DNA of 62,311 nt, the filler included. It is 4 parts of 4 records of this genome, joined end to end, with 100 filler letters (N's around TTAATTAATTAA, not from the genome) between each part and the next. Parts side by side here need not be neighbours in the genome. Positions count along the whole stretch, not along the records: positions 49,458 to 62,311 come from DRR378314_452; 3 more parts are not named here. One strand, given 5' to 3'. Within the stretch, counting starts at the first letter, position 1; each line of letters opens with the position of its first letter. Position numbers and translations under genes: made by a program. Below, one piece after another: positions 59,758-62,311 of this stretch. The notes under the pieces were generated by a model. The model was not told where the DNA came from. It searched no databases and saw only the letters and a list, made by a program, of their open reading frames with translations.

Positions 59758-60891
59758 TCAGCGCTTTTTAGCGCAATGCCGGGTGCCGATGACTAGGCAA
59801 AAGATAACTGCCTGGGCTATCGCTATACAGGCAATTACTCCTTTCCAGGCCCATATCGCAAAGGCATACGCCGCAAGGCTTGCGCCCATTGCGCCGCCTA
59901 AATAGTAGCAAGAGAGGTAGATGCCAGCGGCAACACCGGCGGGTACGCGGCGCGTGCTGCTTAATAACTGGGTCGTCACTGTTTGGAACAGATAGGTTCC
60001 TATGGCAAACAGCGCCACGCTCAGCATGATAGACATGCGTGTTGTGCTAATCAGCCACAGCGCTGCCCAGATTAACGCGATTAGTGCTATAGCAATCGCT
60101 ACTTCGCTTAGGTAGCGCCGCAATACGCTGGCAGTGAGCACGCAGACAAGTGCGGGCAGACACGCCAGATAGATCGTGCCGATCTGCTGTGAATCCCAAT
60201 GATAAGGCTCTTGGGCAAGCCATAGACCCAGTGCCGTAAACACCGCACTTTGCGTGAAGAGCAGCGCAAAACCTGCAAGATAGGCAATGAGCAACGTATT
60301 GTCAGTCAGCGCACGTCTTGTATATGCCACCGACGTTTGATGCCGTTCCGTACGCTGCATTGGTTCAGCGCCAGTCGCTTTCGGAAGAAGATAAACCGCC
60401 ACCGCCGATAGCACCATTAAGCTTGCAGAGCTTATGAATCCCAGTTCCCAACCCATGGCATCAACTGACCAAGCAGGATAAAACCTACTGAGTGTGCTGC
60501 CGACAATGGTGCCGGTCACGTACAGCGGCACAAAACTGCTTGGCCGCTGAGAGACCAAATTCATCGTCGCGGTCAATAGAAAGGGAATGACAATGCCTTG
60601 GCCTAGCCGCAGTACAAAAAGCACGTCTTGGCTAGTCGTACATGCCATTGAGGCGTTAATCGCGGCCAATGTGAAAAAGCCAGCTATCAATAAGGTCGAA
60701 GGGTTGGCGTGTTTTGTCGCAGCGCCAGTCAGTGGCGCGGTAACCATCATTCCTAGCAGCGAGGCCATCGTTAACCAGCCAGCGCCAGTGGCCGTTGTTC
60801 CGAAGCGCTCGACTAACGCTGGAAACAGCGCCTGAAGCTGGTACAAATTAAAAAAAGCGCCGAGCGATCCAATGATTAAGGCCGTACGCAT
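59758..60891 (-). CDS. MFS transporter (YnfM-like)
   Basis: 12 TM segments; LYQLQAL, LRLGQG, YLSCYYLGG. Confidence 0.88.
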   Translation of the reverse strand: MRTALIIGSLGAFFNLYQLQALFPALVERFGTTATGAGWLTMASLLGMMVTAPLTGAATKHANPSTLLIAGFFTLAAINASMACTTSQDVLFVLRLGQGIVIPFLLTATMNLVSQRPSSFVPLYVTGTIVGSTLSRFYPAWSVDAMGWELGFISSASLMVLSAVAVYLLPKATGAEPMQRTERHQTSVAYTRRALTDNTLLIAYLAGFALLFTQSAVFTALGLWLAQEPYHWDSQQIGTIYLACLPALVCVLTASVLRRYLSEVAIAIALIALIWAALWLISTTRMSIMLSVALFAIGTYLFQTVTTQLLSSTRRVPAGVAAGIYLSCYYLGGAMGASLAAYAFAIWAWKGVIACIAIAQAVIFCLVIGTRHCAKKR

Positions 60892-61035
60892 GGCTTATTC
60901 CTGTTGGGACAGGCATTACCATACGTACGCTCAAGGCTCGAATGAAGGTCGGAATCGGTATCGCAGTGATAGCTGTTTCGACAGAGCGCAGCATCATAAA
61001 GTGGGGTATGTTGTGGTCACCAGAGGAGCAACGAG

Positions 61036-61923
61036 ATGGTCGAACTAAAACAAATTAAGCACTTTGTTGCCGTTGCTGAGGAGCTTAACTTCCGGCGCGC
61101 TGCCGAGCGATTGCATATTACCCAGCCACCGCTGAGTCAGAGCATTAAATCATTAGAAGAAACCGTGGGTGTGAAGCTGTTTGAGCGCAATACCCGAGGT
61201 GTCCAGCTCACCAAAGCAGGCGAGGCCTTTCTTGGTGAAAGCTTGGAGATACTCAGTGCTGCACAGCGAGGCATCAGCGTTGCTAGGCAGGCAGCCCAGG
61301 GTGAAGTCGGCACGCTGCGCCTTGGGTATTCGGCCAGCGCGATTTTCTCCAACTCCCTCACCTCGTCCCTGGCTAAACTGCTCACCGAGCGCCCGCTGAT
61401 CGAACTGCAGCTATGCGAAGGGAATGCCCTCTTACATATTGCATCGCTGAAAGCGGGTAAGCTTGACGCTGCGGTACTACGAGCCGATCTGGACGAGAAC
61501 GCTCTAGCGGGTTTATCGGTTTCCAGGCTGGGAGATGAACCGCTGCTCGTGTTACTCCCCCCAGGCCATCGGCTGCAGGCAAAGCCTTCCATCGATTTTA
61601 GCGAAATAGCCAGCGAGCGGCTTTTATTACAACCCGCTACGCAAAGAACATTTCTGAGGCGCCAACTGGAGACATTGGCCGATAAAGCAGGGGTTTCTCT
61701 CAGCCATGTTGTGGAAGTGCCCGATATCGGCAGTATGCTGTGCTTCGTTGGCGCCGGTATTGGCATTACCATCCTGCCCGCCAGCGCCGCGTCGATGGCT
61801 CACGGGCTGGTAGCCATACCGCTTGCCGACGGGGGCTCTTCCCCGCCGCTACTGTTAGCCTACAAGAAAGACAACCCTCTGAGTGAGCAGCTTAGGAATC
61901 TCGTTGAAGCGCCTCCTTCATAA
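61036..61923 (+). CDS. LysR family regulator
   Basis: NFRRAAERLHITQPPLSQSIKSLE; divergent from the MFS gene. Confidence 0.95.
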   Translation: MVELKQIKHFVAVAEELNFRRAAERLHITQPPLSQSIKSLEETVGVKLFERNTRGVQLTKAGEAFLGESLEILSAAQRGISVARQAAQGEVGTLRLGYSASAIFSNSLTSSLAKLLTERPLIELQLCEGNALLHIASLKAGKLDAAVLRADLDENALAGLSVSRLGDEPLLVLLPPGHRLQAKPSIDFSEIASERLLLQPATQRTFLRRQLETLADKAGVSLSHVVEVPDIGSMLCFVGAGIGITILPASAASMAHGLVAIPLADGGSSPPLLLAYKKDNPLSEQLRNLVEAPPS

Positions 61924-62063
61924 GCTTGGAGAATGGCGTGATAGCAAGCCCCAACACTTGCGCTGCTTTTGCCCAACCACACAGAAATTAAGGTAGATGT
62001 GTTTGGCTTATCGCGGCATTGGCTCCTAGACTGAAGTCTCGTTTCTTTTGAGATACCCGACCT

Positions 62064-62311
62064 ATGCGTGTGTTTTCTAATCCGGTCGGTGCCGGTTCAC
62101 TCTGGTTTGATAATTTGGTGACCGCAGACGGTGTGCCTGTGGCTTACGACCCGCAAGCGCGTGCCTTTCTGCCGATGCCGCCCTTCTGCGCCAACCGCGA
62201 AGTCATTGGTTGCAACTGGATTGCGCCTAAGCAAGGTGAATTCTGCCGCGCCTGCGCGATGACGGCCCTAGCACCCGACCCTTCCATTTCAGATGCCATG
62301 CCCAATTGGGC
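62064..62311 (+). CDS. Partial CDS: putative zinc-ribbon / zinc-binding metallopeptidase
   Basis: MRVFSNP...CANREVIGCNW...CRAC...PD; open at window end; absent from the ORF track. Confidence 0.7.
   Translation, partial: MRVFSNPVGAGSLWFDNLVTADGVPVAYDPQARAFLPMPPFCANREVIGCNWIAPKQGEFCRACAMTALAPDPSISDAMPNW

Noticed and set aside
61137..61772. 211-aa antisense ORF, and similar shadow ORFs over purL, nosZ, rluB, glcB and the ABC-F gene
   Set aside because: They lie opposite or within well-supported genes and lack motifs; expected from codon bias

Overview
The window is not one locus. It is four contigs joined by artificial 100-bp N/TTAATTAATTAA/N linkers (12619-12718, 35043-35142, 49358-49457); taxonomy below is inferred from gene content and composition only. 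(1) 1-12618, Pseudoalteromonas/Alteromonadales-like: M1 and S9 peptidases, yebC, divergent glcB/aceA, the same repeat end at both contig termini, and an unexplained non-coding stretch with two different regularly spaced direct-repeat arrays (9302-9652). (2) 12719-35042, Flavobacteriaceae-like: an AT-rich run of co-oriented accessory genes with attC-like junction debris and pseudogenes, an isolated tRNA-His 3' fragment (att-like), then a nitrosative-stress module (truncated globin, RIC, Rrf2) joined to a complete clade II nos cluster, with three copies of a GGAYA-N4-TRTCY palindrome. (3) 35143-49357, Halomonas-like core genes (rluB, scpBA, radD, purL, mltF, tadA, tesB, malic enzyme). (4) 49458-62311, Halomonas-like accessory region: DUF2235, GlxA/HD pair, attC-like remnants, toxin-antitoxin loci, an ABC-F gene with a tiny uORF leader, MFS/LysR. 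Best candidates for undescribed biology: the twin repeat arrays, the possibly island-borne nos/NO-stress regulon with its uncharacterised members, and the Flavobacteriaceae cassette-like array.
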